Assembly (NCBI GenBank): GCA_038526515.1
Contig: JBCBGS010000001.1
Span: 4,733-68,732 of the forward strand
Source of the DNA: Pseudomonadota bacterium
GTDB lineage: Bacteria > Pseudomonadota > Alphaproteobacteria > Caulobacterales > Hyphomonadaceae
Reading direction: 5' to 3'
Length of the DNA: 64,000 bases
Below, piece after piece: positions 19,868 to 29,470 of this stretch (positions within the stretch are counted from its first letter, which is position 1; every line of letters starts with the position of its first letter). Made by a program: the position numbers and the translations under genes. The notes beneath the pieces were generated by a model. The model worked only from the letters and a program-made list of their open reading frames with translations. It did not search any database and was not told where the DNA came from.

Positions 19868-20938
19868 ATGGATGGATTTGAAGGTAAGACAGCCGGGCGG
19901 GCACCGCTCGAATATCCTTTCGGGGAAGAGACCCCTCCTGTCGGTGAGACAATGGAGGTGGCCCCTGGGGTTCACTGGGTGCGCATGCCGCTGCCATTCT
20001 CGCTGCAATGGATCAATCTCTGGCTGATCGATGATGGCGACCGCGGATGGACCATCGTGGATACCGGCATGCCGCTCGACGACACCAAAACCGCTTGGCG
20101 CAAGATCTTTGACGAGAAGCTGGGCGGGCGACCTGTCTGGCGCGTGATCGTCACCCACATGCATCCCGATCATATCGGCAACGCTGGGTGGCTCAGCCGA
20201 AAGTTCCCGGACTCCGAGTTTTGGATCAGCCGTCTGGAATATATCTCCTGCCGAATGTTGGTCGCAGATACGGGCCGTGAAGCCCCTGAAGCGGGCATCA
20301 CCTTCTATCGCGAAGCGGGTTGGACCGATGACCAAATCGAAACCTATAAGTCACGCTTTGGTGGATTTGGGCGCGGCGTCTCGCGACTACCGGATGCCTA
20401 TCGCCGACTTGAAGATGGCGACGCCTTCGATATGGCGGGCAAAACATGGCGCGTGATTTCCGGGAATGGCCATTCTCCCGAGCATAGTTGTCTCTATTGC
20501 GAAGACTTAAACGTCCTCATCTCAGGCGATCAGTTGCTGCCTAAGATCTCTTCAAACGTTTCTGTGTTTCCGACGGAGCCTGCAGGGGACCCGCTGAAGG
20601 ATTGGTTGGAAAGTTGTGAGAAGCTGAAGGCCGAGTTGCCCGAGGATGTTTTGGTCTTACCCGCGCACAACGAGCCGTTCCGCGGCGCGCACTCACGGCT
20701 TGATCATTTGATCAAAGGCCATGGCGTTGCGCTGCGTCGCCTGCATCAACGCCTGTCGCAGGAACCAAGACGGGTGATCGACGTTTTCCCAGCCATTTTC
20801 GGCCGTAAGATCGGCGATGACGTCTTGTCTATGGCCACAGGTGAAGCCCTCGCGCATCTCAATTATCTGATCGCAAACGAGCAAGCAGAGCGCACGATCG
20901 ATGCGGAGGGTGTCGCCTGGTACGCCGCGAAGACGTAA
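19868..20938 (+). CDS. Metallo-beta-lactamase fold hydrolase
   Basis: THMHPDHIG, GHSPEH, SGDQ and LPAH. Confidence 0.92.
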   Translation: MDGFEGKTAGRAPLEYPFGEETPPVGETMEVAPGVHWVRMPLPFSLQWINLWLIDDGDRGWTIVDTGMPLDDTKTAWRKIFDEKLGGRPVWRVIVTHMHPDHIGNAGWLSRKFPDSEFWISRLEYISCRMLVADTGREAPEAGITFYREAGWTDDQIETYKSRFGGFGRGVSRLPDAYRRLEDGDAFDMAGKTWRVISGNGHSPEHSCLYCEDLNVLISGDQLLPKISSNVSVFPTEPAGDPLKDWLESCEKLKAELPEDVLVLPAHNEPFRGAHSRLDHLIKGHGVALRRLHQRLSQEPRRVIDVFPAIFGRKIGDDVLSMATGEALAHLNYLIANEQAERTIDAEGVAWYAAKT

Positions 20939-21014
20939 CCAGCTCACGCCTTGATCTCGACATCATCCACCGGATAAGTGAGATCCGCACGCTGGATCGC
21001 TTGAGGAGGCTTGC

Positions 21015-21281
21015 ATGCAAGAAACCGGAACGACGAAAGGCTGGTTTACTTTTGGGATCGCCCTCATCGTCTTGGGCGGCGCGATCTATGCGCTTGGAAC
21101 CGTGTTTGGATTATTTGTCCTGTTCCAACAAAGCGAAAAGCTTGTCGGGGCATCTTTTTGGGCAGTCCTGCTGATACCGGGCCTTGTCGGATTAGGATTT
21201 CTTGTGCTTCTGGCAAAAGTGGTAGTTGATCGATTGAACAATGCCGAAGATGACCACTATTCCAAAACGGTCGACAAGTAA
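21015..21281 (+). CDS. Small 2-TM membrane protein
   Basis: Strong GAGGAGG RBS, two hydrophobic helices and C-terminal DRLNNAEDDHYSKTVDK. Confidence 0.75.
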   Translation: MQETGTTKGWFTFGIALIVLGGAIYALGTVFGLFVLFQQSEKLVGASFWAVLLIPGLVGLGFLVLLAKVVVDRLNNAEDDHYSKTVDK

Positions 21282-21293
21282 GGAACACGCAGA

Positions 21294-21608
21294 ATGATTG
21301 TCACCATGGGTGAGTCTGTTCCCGGCCGGGAAATAGCGGAAATCATCGGGACCGTTCGAGGAAATACGGTGCGAACGCGCTTCTTTGGACGCGATATTAT
21401 GGCGGCCTTGAGAAATCTCGTCGGCGGCGAAGTGCCGGAATATACCAAACTTATGGCTGAAGCGCGTGAGCAAGCCATCGATCGGATGATTGCGGATGCA
21501 AAAGACAAACGCGCCAATGCGGTGATCTGTATGCGCGTCACAACCAGTATGATTATGGGCGGTTCGGCCGAATTGCTCGCGTATGGAACAGCGGTGCGTC
21601 TAAGATGA
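21294..21608 (+). CDS. YbjQ (UPF0145) family protein
   Basis: GGEVPEYT...AREQAIDRM and LAYGTAV. Confidence 0.92.
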   Translation: MIVTMGESVPGREIAEIIGTVRGNTVRTRFFGRDIMAALRNLVGGEVPEYTKLMAEAREQAIDRMIADAKDKRANAVICMRVTTSMIMGGSAELLAYGTAVRLR

Positions 21609-22459
21609 GTGAAACAGTAGCGACGACTGAAGCGCCTTTGACGCTGCAGCAGAAAGTGGTGAAAGAGCTCCGCGAATGGGGCATCACCCTATCGATCTTT
21701 ATCCCGGTCTTCTTGGTCTTTTCGGGTCTTTTTTACGAGCTGCGTGTGATCCCGTCTGAAAGCATGGTGCCGAACCTGCAGGTCGGTGATCGAGTGACCG
21801 TCAACAAGTTCGCTTATGGTTATTCTAGGCACTCTTTGCCGTTCAGCCTTGGCCGTTATGTCCCGCTGCCAGACGGGCGCATCCTTGCTGGTGACCCGAA
21901 GCGTGGCGATGTTGCGGTGTTTGAGCACCCCCATACGGCGCGGGTCATGATCAAACGGATCATTGGCTTGCCAGGCGACACAGTCACTGTGCGTGATGGA
22001 CAACCGACAGCGATCAACGGGACACCGATCGAACGAACATTTGTGCGCCGTGTGCGCTATCGCCAGCATGATAGCGGTGCCTATATCACCGCCGCGGAAT
22101 TCACTGAGTCCTATGATGATGAGAGTTGGACCGTGCACGATATTGATGGTCAGACTGGGACGAATATTTCGATCACCTACACCGTGCCGGACGGGCATTT
22201 CCTGTTCATGGGCGACAATCGCGACAACTCTATGGATGGCCGCAATCCGACCGGACACTGCTTGGCAAATGAGGCGGGGATCGTTGATCAGGCGGGGTGT
22301 CCGCCGCGCCGAGGATCAACGCCGGAGCTTGCATCGGTGGGCTTCGTGCCGTTCCAAAACCTGATCGGACGCGCAGATACGGTGCTATTCTCGTTCTATC
22401 GATGCGGCCGCGCGCAAGCTGATCCGTGCATGAAACCACGTGTCTGGCGCGGTTTGTAG
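21605..22459 (+). CDS. lepB: Signal peptidase I
   Basis: IPSESMVPNL, MIKRIIGLPGD and MGDNRDNSMDGR. Confidence 0.92.
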   Translation: MSETVATTEAPLTLQQKVVKELREWGITLSIFIPVFLVFSGLFYELRVIPSESMVPNLQVGDRVTVNKFAYGYSRHSLPFSLGRYVPLPDGRILAGDPKRGDVAVFEHPHTARVMIKRIIGLPGDTVTVRDGQPTAINGTPIERTFVRRVRYRQHDSGAYITAAEFTESYDDESWTVHDIDGQTGTNISITYTVPDGHFLFMGDNRDNSMDGRNPTGHCLANEAGIVDQAGCPPRRGSTPELASVGFVPFQNLIGRADTVLFSFYRCGRAQADPCMKPRVWRGL

Positions 22460-22553
22460 TAAATTCGACCTTTTTCGTTCAGCATAAATCGACATCAATT
22501 CGGTACACCACTTGCATGCGTGAAAACGCAGCAACGAGTGGGATGTCAGTGCG

Positions 22554-23681
22554 TTGAAGTACGTTTTGTATCGACCAGACGAGATGTCGGAGGAACAGTG
22601 GCAGATTTACGCTGCGCTGCGCGATGCCCGTTCGATTTATGACGATCCCTTCTTCGATCCTGATTTTGCACGCCTTGTCGGCGAAGTTCGCTCCGATACG
22701 CGCATCGGGTTCGTAAGTGACCGGGAAGGCGTCTTCGCGGTCTGGCCGCTCCACATTCGTCCAGGAAACTGGGCGCGGCCGATTGGATCGCCTTTCTCGG
22801 ACTGGAATGGCCCAATCCTGACGCAAGACACCGAGCTTTCGCCCCAAGAGATTTTGGCCGGGTTCGACATCTCGGGCATGACCACGCAAGGCTATATGCC
22901 GGTCTCATTCGACAAAGCGCCTGACCTCGACCGCGTCGGCGCAAACATGACCGATCTCTCAGCGGGATGGGAGGCTTTCTTCGCGGATCAGCAGAAACGT
23001 TGGCCCAAGCATTTCAAGAAAATGCGCCGCCTGGATCGAAACATCGCCCGCGATTTCAGTGAAATGCGGTACGCGTGGGATGATAAAAGCGACGCAAACT
23101 TTGAGCGAATCCTGGACCTGAAGCAAAGCCAATACGAGCGCACTGGGTATCATGACGTTTTGAGGGCCCCATGGACGCGGGCCCTGTTCGATCGCCTTCG
23201 CCACTTTGAAGGCGCCCGCCTTCGAAGCCGGCTGAGCACCGTGTCCTTCGACGGTGAGTTTGCGGCTGGAGAGTTTAACCTCCAATCCGATACGGTTCTC
23301 CATGGCTGGATCACAGCTTTTGAACAACGCTTTGGCAATTACTCGCCTGGGAACCGGCTCGTGCAAGAGTTGCTGGAATCCATGTGCGAAGACGGGCTTC
23401 AACTGTATGATGCCGGGCCAGGGCTCGATCACTACAAACGCCACTACGCTAACCTCCAGATGCCGATTGAAACGGGCGTTTTGGCCGGGAATGTGGAGCG
23501 TTTGACCCCAGCGCGTGTTGCGGGGCGGGCTTGGCGTTTCGGTGAGCAAGTCATGCCGGGTAAGGCCGCATCTTTGATGGCCCGAGCCCGCAGACGCATG
23601 GACCAAATCGCTTCTGTGGAAACAAGCTTAGCGGGCCGTGCGAGCGGCATTCTGACAGCTTTGCAACACCGCCCGGTCTAA
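22554..23681 (+). CDS. CelD/BcsL-type GNAT acyltransferase (HfsK-like)
   Basis: DPFFDPDF, PIGSPFSDWNG, YSPG and G..HYK, plus an Arg-rich C-terminal helix. TTG start. Confidence 0.8.
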   Translation: MKYVLYRPDEMSEEQWQIYAALRDARSIYDDPFFDPDFARLVGEVRSDTRIGFVSDREGVFAVWPLHIRPGNWARPIGSPFSDWNGPILTQDTELSPQEILAGFDISGMTTQGYMPVSFDKAPDLDRVGANMTDLSAGWEAFFADQQKRWPKHFKKMRRLDRNIARDFSEMRYAWDDKSDANFERILDLKQSQYERTGYHDVLRAPWTRALFDRLRHFEGARLRSRLSTVSFDGEFAAGEFNLQSDTVLHGWITAFEQRFGNYSPGNRLVQELLESMCEDGLQLYDAGPGLDHYKRHYANLQMPIETGVLAGNVERLTPARVAGRAWRFGEQVMPGKAASLMARARRRMDQIASVETSLAGRASGILTALQHRPV

Positions 23682-23772
23682 CGCGCGATAAGCGCTTTCT
23701 CGTCTTGCGGCGAATCTCAATCCTGTCTAATCGGCAATAATAGATCGAGAAAGATGGGACAGCATCTCCGAA

Positions 23773-24378
23773 ATGAGTCGCAAAGACATGTCTTCCAAAT
23801 TACGAGGCCCGATCATCGTTTCGCGGCACGGACGACCTGCGCTCGATCGGACCGCGGGGCCCAAGCTCTCCTGGCAAGACTATCGCGATTGGTGGGGCCA
23901 ATATGAGGCCGGGAGTTTGGCGAAAGACCAAGCGCCGCCGGAAAAGCTCAAATCCGAAGTCAAAGATGTCGATGTCGTGATGAGCTCTGTTCGCCCGAGA
24001 GCGATTGAAACGGCGACGTGGGCCACGGATGGCCGAACGCCTGAGCCCAATGTAATTTTCAATGAAGCGCCATTGCCGCCGCCGCGCTTCAAAACAAAAA
24101 AGTACCTGCCGAAAACTTGGAACGTTTTGGCGCGGGCCTATTGGCTGCGCGGCCATACAATTGATGATGAGGGCGTCCATGAGGCAAGGGACCGGGCAAA
24201 GCAAGCTGCTCAGGTTCTGCATGAGGCTGCCGACGGAAAGTCCGTCTACCTGGCGGCGCATGGATGGTTTAACCGCATGCTACGCGGCCCGTTAAAGCGG
24301 CTAGGTTGGGTGTGCGTTTACGACGGCGGCGACAAATATTGGAGCTACCGCGTTTATGAATATCGTGGAAAAGGCTGA
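23773..24378 (+). CDS. Histidine phosphatase family protein
   Basis: [17 protein letters not shown] and AAHGWFNR. Confidence 0.88.
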   Translation: MSRKDMSSKLRGPIIVSRHGRPALDRTAGPKLSWQDYRDWWGQYEAGSLAKDQAPPEKLKSEVKDVDVVMSSVRPRAIETATWATDGRTPEPNVIFNEAPLPPPRFKTKKYLPKTWNVLARAYWLRGHTIDDEGVHEARDRAKQAAQVLHEAADGKSVYLAAHGWFNRMLRGPLKRLGWVCVYDGGDKYWSYRVYEYRGKG

Positions 24379-24449
24379 AATCGCCATTGAGGCGAGTGAT
24401 TTACACCTCTAGGGTGCAGCGAAATCAGCGAGAAACCGGATTGATCGAC

Positions 24450-24695
24450 ATGGCTACTAAGGCGAAACCCGTCAAAGAGATGAGCTTCGAAGAAGCGCTC
24501 GCAGAACTTGAAACCATTGTGCGTCAGCTCGAGCAGGGTGATGTCGAGCTGGAAAAATCTATCGCAATTTATGAGCGCGGCGCGGAACTCAAAAAGCACT
24601 GTGAAGCACGTTTGAAATCCGCTGAGCTTAAAGTGGAACAAATCGTACAGGGATCGGACGGGACACCGAAAACCGAACCAGCGAGCTTTGACTAA
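24450..24695 (+). CDS. xseB: Exodeoxyribonuclease VII small subunit
   Basis: [19 protein letters not shown]...YERG. ATG at 24450, in the conserved xseB-ispA-dxs order. Confidence 0.95.
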   Translation: MATKAKPVKEMSFEEALAELETIVRQLEQGDVELEKSIAIYERGAELKKHCEARLKSAELKVEQIVQGSDGTPKTEPASFD

Positions 24696-25597
24696 TGGCC
24701 GATGCCGGCGACCCAGAATTCAGCCGTCGGCTTACTGAAGTCGCCGATCGCGTCACGGTCGCGCTTGATCAACTCATTCCGCCAGCACAGGGGCCAGAGG
24801 CGGACCTTATGCGGGCCATGCGCCACTCGGCTTTGGCGAATGGCAAGCGGATGCGGCCGTTTTACGTGATTGAGACGGGGGCGATGTTCGATGCGCCCGA
24901 GAAAAGCCTTTTACGTGCAGCCGCCGCGCTTGAATGTGTTCACTGTTACTCGCTCATACATGACGACTTACCCTGCATGGATGATGATGATTTTCGGCGC
25001 GGTCAGCCCACCGTCCATAAAGCTTTTAATGAAGCGACGGCCGTGCTGGCGGGCGACGCCTTGTTGACGCTGGCCTTCAAAATTCTTGCGAGCCGCGAAA
25101 CACATCAGGATCCTCATATCCGCCTGAAACTGCTAGAGCGCCTCGCGGATTGTTCGGGCGCGCTCGGTATGGTTGGCGGGCAAATGATCGATATGCTCGA
25201 GGATGAAAGTCCGCGCGATCTGAACACGATCACGCGGATGCAGCGTTTGAAGACCGGCGCACTGATCTCCTATTCGGTTGAAGCAGGCGGCATCATTGGC
25301 GGCGCGAGTGAGGCCGAGCGCCAGGCATTGCATGGGTTCGCGCATGATCTGGGGCTTGCCTATCAGATCTCTGATGATTTGCTCGATGCGACGGGGGATG
25401 AGGCTGATGTTGGCAAGCCTTTGCGGACGGATGCCGAGGCCGGAAAGGCCAATTTCGTCACTTTATTGGGGGTAGAGCAGGCGCAAGAACGGGTGCGGCT
25501 CCTCGCCGCGCAAGCCAAGGAACATCTCGCAATTTTCCGCAATCGCGCCAATATCCTGCTGCAATCGGTCGATTTTGTTTTGGACAGAAAGCACTAA
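24695..25597 (+). CDS. ispA: Farnesyl diphosphate synthase
   Basis: GKRMRP, SLIHDDLPCMDDDDFRRGQPT, KTGAL and QISDDLLD. Confidence 0.95.
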   Translation: MADAGDPEFSRRLTEVADRVTVALDQLIPPAQGPEADLMRAMRHSALANGKRMRPFYVIETGAMFDAPEKSLLRAAAALECVHCYSLIHDDLPCMDDDDFRRGQPTVHKAFNEATAVLAGDALLTLAFKILASRETHQDPHIRLKLLERLADCSGALGMVGGQMIDMLEDESPRDLNTITRMQRLKTGALISYSVEAGGIIGGASEAERQALHGFAHDLGLAYQISDDLLDATGDEADVGKPLRTDAEAGKANFVTLLGVEQAQERVRLLAAQAKEHLAIFRNRANILLQSVDFVLDRKH

Positions 25598-25637
25598 GAT
25601 TACCGATTATTGAGCTTCGGCTTGAGGAGGAAGCTGG

Positions 25638-27557
25638 ATGACAGACCTGAAAAACGCACGTCTGCTGGACGAGATCCAAACGCCTGACGATTTGAATGAC
25701 AAATCGCGCGAGGATCTCAAGCAAATTGCTGACGAAGTTCGTCAGGAAGTCATTGATGCTGTTTCCGTCACCGGCGGCCACTTGGGCGCTGGGCTCGGCG
25801 TGGTTGAGCTCACAGTGGCACTGCATGCCGTTTTCGATGCCCCGGCCGACAAGATTATCTGGGATGTGGGCCACCAATGCTATCCACACAAAATCCTGAC
25901 CGGACGACGTGATCGCATTCGCACCCTGCGTCAGGGTGGCGGGCTGTCAGGCTTCACCAAGCGTGCAGAAAGCGAATATGATCCGTTTGGCGCAGCGCAC
26001 GCCTCAACCTCAATCTCTGCGGCGCACGGCTTTGCGACGTCACGAGACCTCCAAGACAAAGACAATCACGTTGTTTCCGTCATCGGCGACGGGTCAATGA
26101 CCGCCGGTATGGCTTATGAGGCGATGAATAATGTCGGTGGCGACCAGCTGCGCCAAGTTGTTATCCTCAACGATAATGACATGTCGATTGCGCCGCCGGT
26201 TGGCGCGATGAGCCATTATTTCAGCCGTTTGGTTTCTGGCCGTTCGTATCGCGGGCTTCGCAAGCTCGCAAAATCGGTGGTTCAGCCGATCGGATTGGCA
26301 AACCCAGCACGCAAAGCAGAAGAGTATCTTCGCGGTTTCGCCATGGGCGGCACCATGTTTGAAGAGCTTGGCTTCTATTATGTCGGCCCGATCGATGGGC
26401 ATGATCTCGACGTGCTCATCCCAGTTCTTGAGAACGTCAAACAGATGCAGCGCCCGGTTTTGGTGCACATCGTGACCCAGAAGGGCAAAGGATATGAGCC
26501 GGCGGAGAACAGCGCCGACAAGTATCACGGCGTTTCTAAGTTTAATGTCGTCACCGGTGAGCAGCAAAAGTCCAAGCCTGGCGCGCCCAAGTTCCAGGAC
26601 GTGTTCGGTAACACGCTGATCAAACTCGCTGAAACAGACGATAAAATCTGCGCTATAACCGCGGCGATGCCGTCAGGTACAGGTGTGAACCTGTTCCAGA
26701 AAGCCTTCCCGGATCGCGCTTTCGATGTCGGCATCGCCGAACAGCACGCCGTGACAATGGCCGCGGGTATGGCTGCCGACGGCATGAAGCCCTACGCAGC
26801 GATCTATTCGACCTTCTTGCAGCGCGGCTATGACCAGGTTGTGCATGATGTCGCTATTCAAAGCCTGCCGGTTCGGTTCGCGATTGATCGTGCTGGATTG
26901 GTTGGCGCCGATGGCCCAACTCACGCGGGCAGCTTTGATATTGGATATCTTGGCGCGCTGCCGGGCATGATCTGTATGGCAGCGGCAGATGAGGCCGAAC
27001 TTGCGCGCATGGTTGCGACTGCAAACGAGATCGACGATCGCCCGTCTGCGTTTCGTTATCCGCGCGGTGAAGGATACGGCGTTGAGATCCCTGAATTGCT
27101 GACACCGCTCGAGATTGGAAAAGGCCGGATTGTCAAAGAAGGCACGTCCATCGCGATCCTTTCTTACGGGGCGCGGTTGCAGGAAGCGCTGAAAGCGTCC
27201 GAAATGCTGGCGGCGCAGGGCCTGTCTTGCACAGTCGCGGATGCTCGGTTTGCGAAACCAATCGATGCCGAGCTCACCGAGCGTCTAGCGCGCGAGCATG
27301 AAGTCCTGATCACTTTGGAAGAGGGCGCGAAGGGTGGATTCGGCGCGTTTGTCTTGCATCACCTCGCAGATGTCGGCGCCTTGGATTCAGGCCTGAAAGT
27401 CCGCACCATGCATCTTCCTGACGTCTTCCAAGATCAGGATAAGCCGGAGCTGATGTACGAAGAGGCTGGGCTGACCGCGCGCCATATCGCGGCGCGTGCC
27501 ATCGAAGCGCTCGGCCGCGGTGACATCGCTGAAATCGATCGATTTGCACGCGCTTAG
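25638..27557 (+). CDS. dxs: 1-deoxy-D-xylulose-5-phosphate synthase
   Basis: [28 protein letters not shown]...NDNDMSI and [13 protein letters not shown]. Confidence 0.98.
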   Translation: MTDLKNARLLDEIQTPDDLNDKSREDLKQIADEVRQEVIDAVSVTGGHLGAGLGVVELTVALHAVFDAPADKIIWDVGHQCYPHKILTGRRDRIRTLRQGGGLSGFTKRAESEYDPFGAAHASTSISAAHGFATSRDLQDKDNHVVSVIGDGSMTAGMAYEAMNNVGGDQLRQVVILNDNDMSIAPPVGAMSHYFSRLVSGRSYRGLRKLAKSVVQPIGLANPARKAEEYLRGFAMGGTMFEELGFYYVGPIDGHDLDVLIPVLENVKQMQRPVLVHIVTQKGKGYEPAENSADKYHGVSKFNVVTGEQQKSKPGAPKFQDVFGNTLIKLAETDDKICAITAAMPSGTGVNLFQKAFPDRAFDVGIAEQHAVTMAAGMAADGMKPYAAIYSTFLQRGYDQVVHDVAIQSLPVRFAIDRAGLVGADGPTHAGSFDIGYLGALPGMICMAAADEAELARMVATANEIDDRPSAFRYPRGEGYGVEIPELLTPLEIGKGRIVKEGTSIAILSYGARLQEALKASEMLAAQGLSCTVADARFAKPIDAELTERLAREHEVLITLEEGAKGGFGAFVLHHLADVGALDSGLKVRTMHLPDVFQDQDKPELMYEEAGLTARHIAARAIEALGRGDIAEIDRFARA

Positions 27558-27644
27558 ATTACGAGCGCAGTGATCGCCGTTTTTCGGCCTTAGTCACAGC
27601 GCACAGCCTGTTGTCATTGAATGCGAATGACAAGAAGAGCGCGT

Positions 27645-28244
27645 ATGATCTTTCGAACCTTATTTTCTGCCAGTGTTCTGTTCGTGGCGGCGTGTGAAAC
27701 GGTCCCGGCCACTTTCGATCCAGTTCAGTTCGACTCTGAGATTGCGCAAATCGCAAAGAATCCGAGCGTAGTCTCCGCTGAGGCCGCATTGACGCGCCTG
27801 CTCGCGCGCCCGGACCTGACGCCAGAACAGCGCGTCGAAGCCACCTTTCAACGCGCCACAAAACGTTGGGATGGAAAGTATGATCTTCCCGGCGCGGTTG
27901 CAGACTTCGATGCCTTCGCAGCGCTTGCACCAGAAGATGCTCGTGTCTCTACTGTCGGCCGGGATAAAGTCTTTGCCGCGACTGAGATCGAGAACGCGCA
28001 GCGCCGTCTCGCCAGCCTCCAGAACATTACCAACTGGTTCAATGATAAAGTCTTGATGGGCGATTTGGAGGAAGGCGCGGCAAGATACAGGAAATCCGGC
28101 CTGACCCCGACCGATCCTCATTTGTATCTGCTGCGAGAGGCTGGATACATTTGCGAGGGTGAAGACGACCCGGTGCATCAGTTTGGCGATTTACCCGACT
28201 ATGCGAAGAACGCGTCCTGGTGTCCTGAACCTGCTGAATCCTGA
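27645..28244 (+). CDS. Hypothetical lipoprotein A (TPR-like helices, 2 C-terminal Cys)
   Basis: Lipobox VAAC after ATG 27645; visible similarity to the next gene. Confidence 0.8.
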   Translation: MIFRTLFSASVLFVAACETVPATFDPVQFDSEIAQIAKNPSVVSAEAALTRLLARPDLTPEQRVEATFQRATKRWDGKYDLPGAVADFDAFAALAPEDARVSTVGRDKVFAATEIENAQRRLASLQNITNWFNDKVLMGDLEEGAARYRKSGLTPTDPHLYLLREAGYICEGEDDPVHQFGDLPDYAKNASWCPEPAES

Positions 28245-28309
28245 TTTTCGCCTTAGTCTCGCCATCGCAGTTCGCCAGCAAGACGGGTATGGAGAAAAGG
28301 GATCAAACC

Positions 28310-28960
28310 ATGCGTTCTATCATTGCTGTTTCAGTCTTAGCCCTCACTGCAGCCTGTGCCTCGAGCACAGTCGACACAGCGCCGGTGGTCGTCGATGCGC
28401 CGCCAGCAGTCGAAACCTCTGAGCCAAGCGTGTTTGATCTCGCGATGGGCACAGTCGACCAATTGGTCGAGGCCGGGAACGAGCAAGCGGCGATCCTACG
28501 CTTGGAGCAGCTGATCGGAAAACAGGATGCGAGCGAAGACGAAAAAGCGAGCGCGCTTTACCGAATGGCCGAACTGAAACTCGGTGAGGGTAATCAGGTT
28601 TGGGGCGGGATTTCTGCCCTGGACGAGTTCCTCGAAACCTATCCGGATCACCCGAACGTCGAGGCAGCGTCTGAGCTTCGCGACTATGCTCGCGGAGAAG
28701 CGACGAGCCTCAATGGTCGACTTGAGATGGGCGGCGTTTCTCCGATGGAGGAGTTTCAATTCCGGTTCCGCCTCGGTGAGCACCAGGAAGCCGCTGATAT
28801 CATGCTCGCCAATGCTTTGACGCCAGCGAATGAGTATATTCTGGACATGTATCAGATCGGATATCTCTGCGACAGCGCGGAGCTAACAGGCCCAATGTAT
28901 AACCTCACCGAGCCGGATGGCACGGACCGCACAGTTCGCTTCTGCGACTTCGGGAAATAG
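28310..28960 (+). CDS. Hypothetical lipoprotein B (TPR-like helices, 2 C-terminal Cys)
   Basis: Lipobox TAAC after ATG 28310; DEFLETYPDHP resembles a TPR turn. Confidence 0.8.
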   Translation: MRSIIAVSVLALTAACASSTVDTAPVVVDAPPAVETSEPSVFDLAMGTVDQLVEAGNEQAAILRLEQLIGKQDASEDEKASALYRMAELKLGEGNQVWGGISALDEFLETYPDHPNVEAASELRDYARGEATSLNGRLEMGGVSPMEEFQFRFRLGEHQEAADIMLANALTPANEYILDMYQIGYLCDSAELTGPMYNLTEPDGTDRTVRFCDFGK

Positions 28961-29081
28961 GGGGTCTGGCGGCCGTGCGAATAGAGGTGTGATCTCTGCG
29001 AAATGTAACTCGCCTTACTGGGGAAACTGGCATACGGTTTGTGAGGTGCTGGGGAGTGTAGAGTTATCGTGAGCCACCTCC

Positions 29082-29336
29082 ATGCAGTCGTTTTTGACGA
29101 TTCTTTTAGCCGGAATTGCAACATTTTTTGCCTTCGCCATGATGCCGGCCGACCCAGAAATTGATAATGAGATTTTGGCGGAAGCCGATCCGCCAATCAT
29201 CGTTGCTGAAACCACCGCGACCCCCGTTTTTGTGATCGAAAGAGTAGAGCCTCTGGTTCTGGCGCTCGATGATCCGATGACGCTGGAAGCGTTCGCAGAT
29301 TTCGAATTCGATAGCTTGGGCGTCGAAATCGACTAG
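29082..29336 (+). CDS. Small acidic protein with N-terminal signal or TM segment
   Basis: Hydrophobic N-terminus and a D/E-rich remainder; it fills an otherwise empty gap. Confidence 0.55.
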   Translation: MQSFLTILLAGIATFFAFAMMPADPEIDNEILAEADPPIIVAETTATPVFVIERVEPLVLALDDPMTLEAFADFEFDSLGVEID

Positions 29337-29470
29337 ATTCCACGTCCTTCCGCGCAAAATCGGCGCAGAATCGAAACAATTTCAGACCTGCCGCAGCGTC
29401 GCCCCTTCCGTAGGGGCGACGCTTGCCGCATATCCGGATAGAACAATGATACAATATCCGGAGGAACCCC

